A stretch of DNA of 64,000 nt, from positions 248,001 to 312,000 of the IMG/VR virus record IMGVR_UViG_3300018080_000098; one strand, written 5' to 3'. Made by a program: the position numbers and the translations under genes. Within the stretch, counting starts at the first letter, position 1; the number at the start of each line of letters is the position of its first letter. A model generated the notes under the pieces. It was not told the DNA's origin. It ran no database searches and saw nothing but the letters and a program-made list of their open reading frames with translations. Shown here one piece after another: positions 56,050 to 64,000 of this stretch.

Positions 56050-57534
56050 TCAAGGATAACAATCCATAGGGCAGATGGCGTAGACTTCCAGACCGTCGCA
56101 GATACCGTTGCCGCAAGTAGAGAGGCAGTCAGGCGGACAATTGTTCATCGTTTCTCCCATATCGCACGAACCGTCACCGCAATTCTGAGCACAATCGAGG
56201 CTACAGTTGCTATACGCTTCCCCATAACCAACTGCACAGATACCATCACCGCAGCTTCCGGGGCAATCCTGCTGGCAGGTCACCCAGGTTTCTGCGCCAT
56301 CGCAAAGATTGTTTCCGCAGACACCAGCACCGCAATCAGCTGGGCAGCTACCCGCGTCCTCTCCATGAATAGCCAGGCACAATCCGTCACCGCAACTGGT
56401 GCCACAATCCATAGGACAGCTAATAGGGCCTTCGCTGCCTTCGCAAGTGCCGTTGCCGCAGACGTTGGGGGGACAGTCGAAGGAGCAGTTTAGAGAATTC
56501 TCCCCGAGAGAGATCTCGCAGGTACCGTTGCCACACAGCCCGGGTCCGCAATCCTGTGGGCAGCTTTGTACATCCTCAGTGGGTTCGCACAAGCTGTTAC
56601 CGCAAACGTAGGTGGTTGGGCAGTCCTGCGGGCACGATATGGCGTTGTCGGCAAAGTTGGGATCGCAGACACCGTCACCGCAGATGGGCCACGTACAGTC
56701 TTCTCGGCACGCATCCGGTGTGGTGTCGCTATTGAAGACGCCGTTGTCGCACGCCTCGCCAGTTTCTTGAATGCCGTTACCGCAGACGGGGCTAGTGGGC
56801 TCGGTTTCGCAGACGGCGTTACAACCGTCCCCGTCGACGGTGTTTCCGTCGTCGCACTCTTCCCCAGTGTCCTGGACGCCGTCGCCACAGTAGGCCACCA
56901 AGCAATTCAGCCGACAAGCGTCGGGCTCGGTATCGGAGTTGTCGACTCCGTCGTCGCACTCTTCACCCGGTTCTTGAACTCCGTTACCGCAGAAGGGGTC
57001 GGTAGGTTCGGTTTCGCAGATGGAGCTACACCCGTCCCCGTCGACGGTGTTACCGTCGTCGCACTCTTCCCCGGTATCTTGGACACCGTCCCCGCAGAAG
57101 GGGACCTCGCAATCGAGGCGACATGCGTCGGGTTGCGAGTTGGAGTTGCTGGAGCCGTCGTCGCAGGCTTCCCCGACCTCTTGGATACCGTTGCCGCAGA
57201 CGGGGTCCGCCTCCGTTTCGCAGGTACCGGAGCAACCGTCTCCGCTGGTGCTGTTGCCGTCGTCGCACTCTTCTCCGGTGTCCTGCACACCGTCTCCGCA
57301 GTAGAAGACGGTGCAGTCGAGGCGACACGCGTCCGGTTCCGTATCGGAGTTAGCCGCGCCGTCGTCGCACTCCTCGCCCCAGTTCTGAACTCCGTCCCCG
57401 CACTCTCCTGGGTTGTCGTTCTGGTTTATGTTGTTGGCGTTGGTGCCAGCGTCGTTACCGTTCGTGAAGGTGTCTCCACTCGTACCACAGGCAGCCAGCA
57501 TCAGTACCATTAGCAGTGCAAAAATTCGTTCCAT
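56050..57534 (-). CDS. lipoprotein with Myxococcus-type Cys-rich repeats (DUF4215-like)
   Basis: Lipobox LAAC; repeats CGDG.Q..GEECDDGN...GDGC...C, then CG(N/D)G.C...E....CP.DC. Confidence 0.85.
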   Translation of the reverse strand: MERIFALLMVLMLAACGTSGDTFTNGNDAGTNANNINQNDNPGECGDGVQNWGEECDDGAANSDTEPDACRLDCTVFYCGDGVQDTGEECDDGNSTSGDGCSGTCETEADPVCGNGIQEVGEACDDGSSNSNSQPDACRLDCEVPFCGDGVQDTGEECDDGNTVDGDGCSSICETEPTDPFCGNGVQEPGEECDDGVDNSDTEPDACRLNCLVAYCGDGVQDTGEECDDGNTVDGDGCNAVCETEPTSPVCGNGIQETGEACDNGVFNSDTTPDACREDCTWPICGDGVCDPNFADNAISCPQDCPTTYVCGNSLCEPTEDVQSCPQDCGPGLCGNGTCEISLGENSLNCSFDCPPNVCGNGTCEGSEGPISCPMDCGTSCGDGLCLAIHGEDAGSCPADCGAGVCGNNLCDGAETWVTCQQDCPGSCGDGICAVGYGEAYSNCSLDCAQNCGDGSCDMGETMNNCPPDCLSTCGNGICDGLEVYAICPMDCYP

Positions 57535-57590
57535 GGTAAAATCCTCCCAAAAAATCAATGTCCCCAGTATTGACGATGTCAAGAAAGATG

Positions 57591-58085
57591 TCAAGAAAAT
57601 TGTGGTGAGGTTGCACGAGTAATGAGCCAAAGAAGCATATACACTTCCTCGCTTCTATCGAGTTCCACGGAGAATTGTTTCTTGTTGTCAGCGTACGCAC
57701 CGAAAACGCGCTCATCCGGAAAACCCTCGAAGTATACACCATGAATGGATTCTTCCGCATATTTCCCGAAAAGATCGTGAAAATCCACGTCGATTTCCAC
57801 TGGTGAGTCAACCGACACTTTGTAGTCGTGAAAATTGTCGCGAATAGTGAAAACGACCCCTCCTGGGGTACGTAGTTCCACGACGGGTAGTCTAATAGAC
57901 TTAGAAGTGTGGGTGCTGATTACTATAGGCTTCAGTGTCTTATACACCTTATAATCTGCGCCTGGGGGACAAACTGCCCACGTCAAACGGTGGAAGAAGT
58001 CGAATTGCACGTGTGCAGCTTTCTTCCACACCATTTCATCTGCAGGAACATTCTCCTTGCACCACTCTTCGAGCGTAATGGTCAT
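57591..58085 (-). CDS. hypothetical phage protein
   Basis: AAGGAGG RBS, supplied by the end of pentamer array 1, before ATG 58085. Confidence 0.65.
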   Translation of the reverse strand: MTITLEEWCKENVPADEMVWKKAAHVQFDFFHRLTWAVCPPGADYKVYKTLKPIVISTHTSKSIRLPVVELRTPGGVVFTIRDNFHDYKVSVDSPVEIDVDFHDLFGKYAEESIHGVYFEGFPDERVFGAYADNKKQFSVELDRSEEVYMLLWLITRATSPQFS

Positions 58086-58093
58086 CGTAACCT

Positions 58094-58170
58094 CCTTGGA
58101 TTGCCTTACCAGGCGTGGCCAAGCCAAGCCATACCGTGCTCCACGGTACCAAGCACCACGCAGCCACGCC
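58094..58170 (-). repeat. pentamer array 1 (NGY-NN x14, then TCCAAGG); candidate guide ncRNA
   Basis: GGCgt GGCtg CGTgg TGCtt GGTac CGTgg AGCac GGTat GGCtt GGCtt GGCca CGCct GGTaa GGCaa; 14/14 units in phase. Confidence 0.85.
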
Positions 58171-58179
58171 CGGTAAAAT

Positions 58180-58767
58180 CTACGCCACCGCTTCAGCGTC
58201 GTCCTCGACCACCTCCCATCCAGTCACCTGGAACTTCCCGAAGGTTCCCTTCTTCGTAGGCCGGTAGTCGCCCAGCCCCACACGCTTCCCCGCAGCCTCC
58301 ACGATGTCGTGAATGAGGTTTACATCGAACACATCCTCGTCCACCTCGAGCGTGAACTTCAGCTTCCACTTGTCCAGGCGTGCCCGGTGGCGCAGCACCG
58401 CACCCTTCGTGGAGGGATTCACCACCCGGCGGCTGTCCACCTCGAACTTCTTCGTGCCAAACGAGCACGTGAGCTCCTCTACCGTCACGCCTCCCGTGAG
58501 CAGCGTCCCACTCGTTGTGGTTACCTTGTTCTTTCCCAGCTTGAAGAACTTCCCGGCCTCGATGAGACACGCCAGGATGTTGGTCCCCGGGAAGTGGAGC
58601 ATTCCCTTGTTGTCCATGTAGGCGCTCCGTTCCGCTTCCTCCCGTGGCGCGAGCTTCTTCTTGCGCGTCGGGCGGTGCCCCGCCGAGAGCTCCATCTCCG
58701 CCGCGTCGGTGAACCGGTTCATGAGTAGGGGGGTTTTTCCTTCGATTTGCACTTTCACAATGGCCAT
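58180..58767 (-). CDS. stand-alone RAMP/Cas7-like RRM protein
   Basis: Beta1 VQIEGKTPLLM, FPGTNILACL, C-terminal Gly-rich loop GLGDYRPTKKGTFGKF; no other cas genes in the window. Confidence 0.7.
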   Translation of the reverse strand: MAIVKVQIEGKTPLLMNRFTDAAEMELSAGHRPTRKKKLAPREEAERSAYMDNKGMLHFPGTNILACLIEAGKFFKLGKNKVTTTSGTLLTGGVTVEELTCSFGTKKFEVDSRRVVNPSTKGAVLRHRARLDKWKLKFTLEVDEDVFDVNLIHDIVEAAGKRVGLGDYRPTKKGTFGKFQVTGWEVVEDDAEAVA

Positions 58768-58869
58768 GGCGTCTGTTCCTTTCTGTTCTGTGATCTATTC
58801 CTCGCCTAACAATACCCCGTCCCAATGGCCACTAATCAAAGGGGACGGGCTTCGCGCAACATTGCGCGC

Positions 58870-59079
58870 CTAATCAATGCTTCTACTTCGCTGCCACGCG
58901 AAACAGCCCTCCGCGCCCACGCACCCCAGCCACAACACCCACACCCACCAGGGCAGCACAAACAATGCCAGGTAATCGTTGAACGCTACCGCTAACGCTA
59001 CCAGGAAGAGCACCGGTCCCATTCCTAGCACGGCGACAGTAACGGTAAACACCCTAAATATTTTTATCAAGAAGGTCAC
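58870..59079 (-). CDS. small membrane protein
   Basis: Hydrophobic, two TM helices. Confidence 0.5.
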   Translation of the reverse strand: MTFLIKIFRVFTVTVAVLGMGPVLFLVALAVAFNDYLALFVLPWWVWVLWLGCVGAEGCFAWQRSRSID

Positions 59080-59860
59080 CTGATGCCCAGAAACCTGCGT
59101 CCTTCAAGATAGCTTCACACTCCTGCCGATAGCCCTTCTTGAGCTCGATTACGTTCACACCCGGGTGGCGCATCAACCACAAACCGAACACGGAATTGGT
59201 AGCCACAATAAACTGCACTTTCCCAGAGCACCCCTCACGCTGCACCCACTGCCACAACGGGAGTTTGGTAGGCCAGTCCAGAACAGCGTCAGGCTCGTCG
59301 AGAAGAACTGTTGGAGGCCCCTTTTCAATAACAGGCTCGAGCAGCTCTTGCGCCATCTTGATTCTGTGCGCCCATACGTCGTTCACGTTGTTCGGGGTAA
59401 TTCTCCAATTGATGCTTTCTTCCTGCGAGCGCTGTACTAGACGCATAAAGCGTCCTGCAACCTGCTGCCCTGCAGATCCCTTGTCGGTTGCATTTATGAC
59501 ACCCTCCATCCCAAAATCCCAATCGAATCCACCTCCCACTAGCCCCACTTGTACAGAAGGGTCAAAGTACATCACAGACTTTCCATCAGACTTGATGGAC
59601 ATGTTCTTCCTGGGGGTATTTCGGAAACCGAACCCAAAGAGCTCATCAATTGACTGCTGGGTAACTGTAGAAGTTCCTCCCTGTTCGCAGTGCGTGATCC
59701 GCGCCAGCGCTTTTATTACCGTGGACTTCCCCGACCCATTCGGGCCCCAGAGCACGTTGACACACGGCTCAAAGTTGAACGTACGCCGTTTAGGGAACGG
59801 TTTCGACCACCACGTAATGGGTGGCTTGTCTCGATTTATTACCTTCAGCTGCTCGATCAT
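59054..59860 (-). CDS. ABC-type/AAA ATPase
   Basis: GPNGSGKST, SAGQ, VLLDEPD. Confidence 0.8.
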   Translation of the reverse strand: MIEQLKVINRDKPPITWWSKPFPKRRTFNFEPCVNVLWGPNGSGKSTVIKALARITHCEQGGTSTVTQQSIDELFGFGFRNTPRKNMSIKSDGKSVMYFDPSVQVGLVGGGFDWDFGMEGVINATDKGSAGQQVAGRFMRLVQRSQEESINWRITPNNVNDVWAHRIKMAQELLEPVIEKGPPTVLLDEPDAVLDWPTKLPLWQWVQREGCSGKVQFIVATNSVFGLWLMRHPGVNVIELKKGYRQECEAILKDAGFWASGDLLDKNI

Positions 59861-60669
59861 CAGTCCACCGCACAGTAGTATCCAGGCATCGGACGCTGCA
59901 GGTTGCCCTTTTTAAGCTGACGCTGCAGGTACTTCGAGATGGCGTTGTTGGTGGGAATCGCTTTGCGGGGAACGCTCTTGTTTGCCTCCAAAAGCGCTCG
60001 CAAGTCCGTCACCGCGAGCATCTCGTACTCCGCTAGCAGCTTGTCCGCTGGGTCCATCCAAGCTGTCCGAGGCTTACCACCACGGACATTTTTCTTCCGC
60101 TTGGACGCGTTCTTACCGTTGCCCTTCTTCGCCCTAGCAACAGCTTTCTTCTCTACCTTTTTGTTCATGAACGGAGACTTGGCTCCATCCCGCCATCGGT
60201 AAGCGCCCTTCGCTACTTTGACAAGCTTCTTCTCCTTGGCAAGCTTGTCGATGTAGTACCACACCAACCCGTAAGTGATGTCATTGTACATGGGCGACAG
60301 CTCCATGGTCAGATAGGTGACAATGTCCACTACCGAGTGCGCTTTTTTGGTACTGAAGAACTTGCGCGCAATGGCTTTCTTCGCGTCCTTAAAAGAATGC
60401 TCAGGAGGAGATTGAGGACGTTTGACCGCTGCCTTCATCTTTTCTACCCGTTGCTTCCCCTCCTCGAGCTCCTCCATGTCTTTCAGCTTTTCCAGTGCTT
60501 GTGTTACTGCAGTGTACACGCCACCTGTTTTTACAAGCTCGCGCTGAGCCTGCTCAAGTATGCGCTTCTGCTCCACCATCAGTTTCTGGAGCTCCTCACT
60601 CTGCTTGATGAGGAGAGCCCTCGTGTGGACGATCGCTTCCGGTTCTGCTGCCTTCTTTTTTCGAGACAT
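59860..60669 (-). CDS. coiled-coil plus two winged-helix-like DNA-binding domains
   Basis: KLAKEKKLVKVAKGAY and RQLKKGNLQRPMPGYY wing motifs. Confidence 0.5.
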   Translation of the reverse strand: MSRKKKAAEPEAIVHTRALLIKQSEELQKLMVEQKRILEQAQRELVKTGGVYTAVTQALEKLKDMEELEEGKQRVEKMKAAVKRPQSPPEHSFKDAKKAIARKFFSTKKAHSVVDIVTYLTMELSPMYNDITYGLVWYYIDKLAKEKKLVKVAKGAYRWRDGAKSPFMNKKVEKKAVARAKKGNGKNASKRKKNVRGGKPRTAWMDPADKLLAEYEMLAVTDLRALLEANKSVPRKAIPTNNAISKYLQRQLKKGNLQRPMPGYYCAVD

Positions 60670-60749
60670 TAATAATCACCTCCGAGAATTGTTTCTCAGT
60701 GATACCAACCCCCACTTACGTTGTCAAGAAAATAATAGGAGGGAATAAG

Positions 60750-60806
60750 CCTTGCGTTGCACCGCCCAGGCTGACAGTGCTACGGTGCACCATAGCGCAC
60801 GTGGCT
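60750..60806 (-). repeat. pentamer array 2 (11 units, ends CGCAAGG)
   Basis: 8/11 units are NGY-NN; starts at the stop of the upstream gene. Confidence 0.6.
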
Positions 60807-61962
60807 ACCGTTTCGCTACACGTTCCGTCTTTTCCCATACACGCCACCGAAGATGAACGCCGTCCACCATCTCCATCCGAGCCCAGTGTACCCGCTTTTT
60901 CGGACCTTCCTTCCAACCGGTGACCCACTCCTTCTCCGCTTTCTTGATCCACGTCGGCAGCGTCGGAGACATCGGACCCGTTTCTCCCTTCAGCCACACC
61001 AGGCACTGGTCTGCCGGGATGTGCTTCTGCACAGCCGTCGTCCAGAAGGAATACTCGGTGCAGCGAGTCAAGAAACGAAGCTGCTCGATGAAACCGGTGA
61101 GACGGCTCTTCAACGACCGCGCAGCCTTGAAGTCCTCCTGCGTAGCCTCGTAAGGCGTGTACTCTCCCTCGAGCTCCACACCGTCCACTTTCGCCTCGAA
61201 GGCCCACACCTTGATAGCCTCGTCCTCACCTACCTTCTCACTCTTCGGCCACTCCGGCGGCTTAATGTCGAGCTCCTCCCGCAACCGCTTCACCTCCGCG
61301 CGCAAAAATCGAAGCTCGTCCTCCAACCGCGAAATAGCAGCCTTCGCCACCAGATAGTACACCCCGTAGAAAGAAGGCCACCGCATCGGGTGTACCAGGT
61401 ACTGGAACCGCAACTCGTTCGCCGCACCGCTCAGCTTCTCGAACACGTCGTTCGGCAAGCCCGTCGGCATGATGTCCACCGATTCCCAACCCTTGTACCA
61501 CTTCCCCGTCACGTCCTGCAGCAGCATCGCCCGGTAAGCTCCCACCTCAGCATCCGTCGTCCCGTCTTCCTTGGTTTTCGCTTGGATAACATTCATATCC
61601 TCAATACGAATACCGAATGAGAATGCTGCTTTGTTGGAGGTGAGCCCACTCAAACGACCGTGCCGGTTCTCCTTCGACGTGACCCACTCACCCTCACGTT
61701 TCGTGGACGCGCGGCGCGATTGGTACTTTGGCAGATTCACTACCACCCGGTTCTCTACCAGCGGCGTGAGAAAAGCTGCCAGGTCCAGGTCGGTTACCGG
61801 AACACCATCCGGGTCTACCCAGGCTACTCCGGGCTTCCGCTTGTCGAGGTTGTACCCCCACGCATCCAGTAGCCGTTTGCAGAGGACGCGCATGTCCTCC
61901 TGTCTGTTCTTGACGATGTCCAGGTCCCGAGCGTCGATTGTTTTTCTTTCTGACGTTACCAT
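60805..61962 (-). CDS. hypothetical protein
   Basis: True start probably ATG 61962 (MVTSERK); the longer ORF reads through arrays 3 and 4. Confidence 0.65.
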   Translation of the reverse strand: MVTSERKTIDARDLDIVKNRQEDMRVLCKRLLDAWGYNLDKRKPGVAWVDPDGVPVTDLDLAAFLTPLVENRVVVNLPKYQSRRASTKREGEWVTSKENRHGRLSGLTSNKAAFSFGIRIEDMNVIQAKTKEDGTTDAEVGAYRAMLLQDVTGKWYKGWESVDIMPTGLPNDVFEKLSGAANELRFQYLVHPMRWPSFYGVYYLVAKAAISRLEDELRFLRAEVKRLREELDIKPPEWPKSEKVGEDEAIKVWAFEAKVDGVELEGEYTPYEATQEDFKAARSLKSRLTGFIEQLRFLTRCTEYSFWTTAVQKHIPADQCLVWLKGETGPMSPTLPTWIKKAEKEWVTGWKEGPKKRVHWARMEMVDGVHLRWRVWEKTERVAKR

Positions 61963-61985
61963 GTTCTCTGTCTCCTGTTGACTAT

Positions 61986-62042
61986 CCTTGCAATGCCTTA
62001 GTGGGCATAGGCTCGCTTTGCCACTCCCAGCCTGAGCACACT
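61986..62042 (-). repeat. pentamer array 3 (11 units, ends TGCAAGG)
   Basis: 7/11 units are NGY-NN. Confidence 0.55.
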
Positions 62043-62068
62043 TCGTATTACTATCTTTACAAGATGAA

Positions 62069-62170
62069 CCTTGGACTACGATACGCTGCCACGCATTAGA
62101 CGCCATCGCAATATATTGCGCTACGATGCCTTGCACTACTTGGCGTCACCACACTCTGCAACACTCAACC
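62069..62170 (-). repeat. pentamer array 4 (19 units, then TCCAAGG)
   Basis: 16/19 units are NGY-NN. Confidence 0.8.
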
Positions 62171-62176
62171 AAGAAA

Positions 62177-62563
62177 CTACTCTTCTTCAATGCGCTCCGG
62201 CAAAGCGTACGTGTGCTGCGCCCAGATGTAAGGCTTCAGCAAACTGGCTACTCGTATGTACTCAGGATTTTCCTGCGCCCACTTTTTAGCTCGTTTGGTT
62301 GCCTGCTCGAAAATGCTTTGCGCTTGCCTGTATGTAAAAGTGAGTAGGACTTCGTCGTCACCATCGTGATCGATTGCTTTTTGTGCTTCCTCCAGAACAA
62401 TTAAGCAATCCAGGCAGATAGGTGAAACCAGATACGCACCACTGAACTTGGTGGTACTTTCGTTGAAACGTCTGTCACATTGGGAACAAGTCAGACCGTT
62501 CACTGAAGGGAACCGTTGCTCTCGTGGGACCTCTTCCTTCCGTTCGTAGCTCCATTTGTACAT
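62177..62563 (-). CDS. hypothetical protein with CxxC pairs
   Basis: CSQC and CLDC; RBS from the end of array 5. Confidence 0.6.
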   Translation of the reverse strand: MYKWSYERKEEVPREQRFPSVNGLTCSQCDRRFNESTTKFSGAYLVSPICLDCLIVLEEAQKAIDHDGDDEVLLTFTYRQAQSIFEQATKRAKKWAQENPEYIRVASLLKPYIWAQHTYALPERIEEE

Positions 62564-62571
62564 AACAAACT

Positions 62572-62648
62572 CCTTGCAGCGCTTTACTCCACTTCACACT
62601 AGCTAGCCACACACCGCCGAGCTCCACAGTACTTCGCCGGGCGACGCC
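62572..62648 (-). repeat. pentamer array 5 (15 units, ends TGCAAGG)
   Basis: 14/15 units are NGY-NN. Confidence 0.8.
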
Positions 62649-62651
62649 AGG

Positions 62652-62939
62652 TCAGTCTTTCGACAACTCCAACGGAACACACGTGTCCACACACTGCTCA
62701 AAGCACTTCTTGTGCTTCTGCAGCACCTTTTCTTTGTAGCGATCTTTCAGTACGGATTCGGTAGGGAGGTCGAAATAGTAAAGCGCACTGATCACGACAG
62801 CCGAGCACAGGATTTCGAGGAAAATAACACGCCAGCCTATCCCGCCCTTCTCGCTGAACCAGTTGTTCAGCAGAGCTGAAAGCACGATTACGCCCATGCA
62901 GATACTGACACCCATCACGATGATTTCGTTGTGCGTCAA
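62652..62939 (-). CDS. small membrane protein
   Basis: Two TM helices; RBS from the end of array 6. Confidence 0.55.
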   Translation of the reverse strand: MTHNEIIVMGVSICMGVIVLSALLNNWFSEKGGIGWRVIFLEILCSAVVISALYYFDLPTESVLKDRYKEKVLQKHKKCFEQCVDTCVPLELSKD

Positions 62940-62947
62940 AACAGACT

Positions 62948-63014
62948 CCTTGCCTCACCGGTCCACGCTCCACCGAAGCTTGCCCCACGCAGCCCCGCCA
63001 CTCCGGGCGATGCC
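62948..63014 (-). repeat. pentamer array 6 (13 units, ends GGCAAGG)
   Basis: 10/13 units are NGY-NN; two of the exceptions are GGA. Confidence 0.75.
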
Positions 63015-63028
63015 TGGTGCGTTTATTT

Positions 63029-63100
63029 CCTTGCCAAACCATACGTGACCATACCATTCCGCGGGTTGCGGTTCCGAGACGAGCGGCGCCACTCCGGGCC
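63029..63100 (-). repeat. pentamer array 7 (14 units, ends GGCAAGG)
   Basis: 9/14 units are NGY-NN; three of the exceptions are GGA. Confidence 0.7.
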
Positions 63101-63657
63101 TAGTGATTGCTGATCCGCTTGTGGGGAAGGTTCTGGAAAACGTTTCCGTGCTCGAGTGTTGTGGACACGTCACCATCGTTGTCACTGTACGCGAACCGAA
63201 GGATAACCTTTCCTTCATTCTCCTCCAAAAATTTTCGCGCAGCTTCTTCTTGATTTGCATAGATTTCTTTTTCTTCTTCCTCGCGCGCTTTGTCCCTTTC
63301 GGGACCTTTTTCTTTGTACTTCTCCCAATAGTGCTTTCTGTACTGCCTACTGGTGTAGCACCCTGGTATTCCGGGGATCTCCTTTTCGATGTAGAACATG
63401 TCCCAGTACACGAGGTTGTGCAGATCGTCCGCGATGGTCTCGAGAGAGTAGGGAAGCTTGTGCAGCTGCGCTTGTATGTCATTCCACACGACTTGCGCGA
63501 GTGTTTTCGTGGGGACTGGGTCACCGTAAACATCCAGCTCTTGTGTGTCTCCAAACAGAAGCTCCTGCAGGGCGTCAGCACTTTCAGGGATCTCGTCGAA
63601 CGCCACAATGAAAGAGGAGCTCGAGCTGTTACTCACGAATCCGTTACGAATTTTCAT
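63100..63657 (-). CDS. conserved phage protein with MKIRNGFVSNSSSSSF N-terminus
   Basis: Recognisable N-terminal motif; GGAGG RBS. Confidence 0.7.
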   Translation of the reverse strand: MKIRNGFVSNSSSSSFIVAFDEIPESADALQELLFGDTQELDVYGDPVPTKTLAQVVWNDIQAQLHKLPYSLETIADDLHNLVYWDMFYIEKEIPGIPGCYTSRQYRKHYWEKYKEKGPERDKAREEEEKEIYANQEEAARKFLEENEGKVILRFAYSDNDGDVSTTLEHGNVFQNLPHKRISNH

Positions 63658-63856
63658 TTTGGTCCTCCTTCTTTTTCGGCACCCAAAAGATTCCCACCCG
63701 CTCATACTCCACCCCTTCAGCTTCCTCTTTCGCGCGTTTCTCTGCACGCTTCTGTGCTCGTTTCGCAGCTTCTGCTTTAAGCTTTGCCGTTGTCTCTTGC
63801 GTGGCTTCCATCATACGCGCTGTAGCGTCTGTGAGTTTCTCTTCGTCGAGCGACAT
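63644..63856 (-). CDS. hypothetical protein
   Basis: Small charged ORF overlapping the next gene. Confidence 0.5.
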   Translation of the reverse strand: MSLDEEKLTDATARMMEATQETTAKLKAEAAKRAQKRAEKRAKEEAEGVEYERVGIFWVPKKKEDQNENS

Positions 63857-64000
63857 GAGGATGATCTGAATAATCTCGTCACGGCCTAGAACCTCTTCAT
63901 TCGCTAAAGGTTCACAGCACCTAGGGCATCCGTAGGCCGCACCTGCATCTTTCGCTCTCTTTTTGAGCTCCTCGTCAGCGAACGCTTCGATAAGCTCAGG

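Noticed and set aside
61963-62136. N-terminal extension of ORF 60805..62136, and ORFs 62698..63057 and 58086..58127
   Set aside because: They read through pentamer arrays; better RBS-start pairs lie downstream, and 5-nt periodicity does not fit coding sequence
58094-63100. CRISPR array or simple microsatellite
   Set aside because: There are no 25-45 bp direct repeats with spacers; the units are 5 nt with variable dinucleotides, not identical tandem copies
1-64000. Alternative genetic code or suppressor tRNAs
   Set aside because: Genes end cleanly at TAA, TAG and TGA with dense packing; the anticodons TAG and TAA decode Leu codons CUA and UUA, not stops

Overview
This window is a 64-kb piece of a large, probably jumbo, tailed dsDNA phage read in the standard bacterial code. 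Genes run on the + strand to about 49.2 kb and on the - strand after that. The + arm carries a cluster of tRNA-mimic ncRNAs next to a TROVE(Ro60)-like/vWA gene and an ARPP-type gene, an internally deleted tnpB, two tRNA-Leu genes and accessory genes. It then has a head module (TerL, portal, acidic scaffold, prohead protease, decoration-like protein, major capsid) surrounded by many proteins sharing a short YKG..Y motif. The - arm holds small accessory genes. Three things stand out. (1) A stand-alone 195-aa RAMP/Cas7-like gene (58180-58767) sits with seven intergenic arrays of NGY-NN pentamers, each ending in CAAGG; this is a candidate RNA-guided system with no CRISPR array. (2) Four Y-RNA-like ncRNAs share a terminal helix, and their tRNA-like domains are opened at three different points. 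(3) About 25 copies of a putative capsid-targeting motif occur in 16 ORFs, one of them a three-domain effector. All protein calls come from motifs recognised by eye; no database searches were run.
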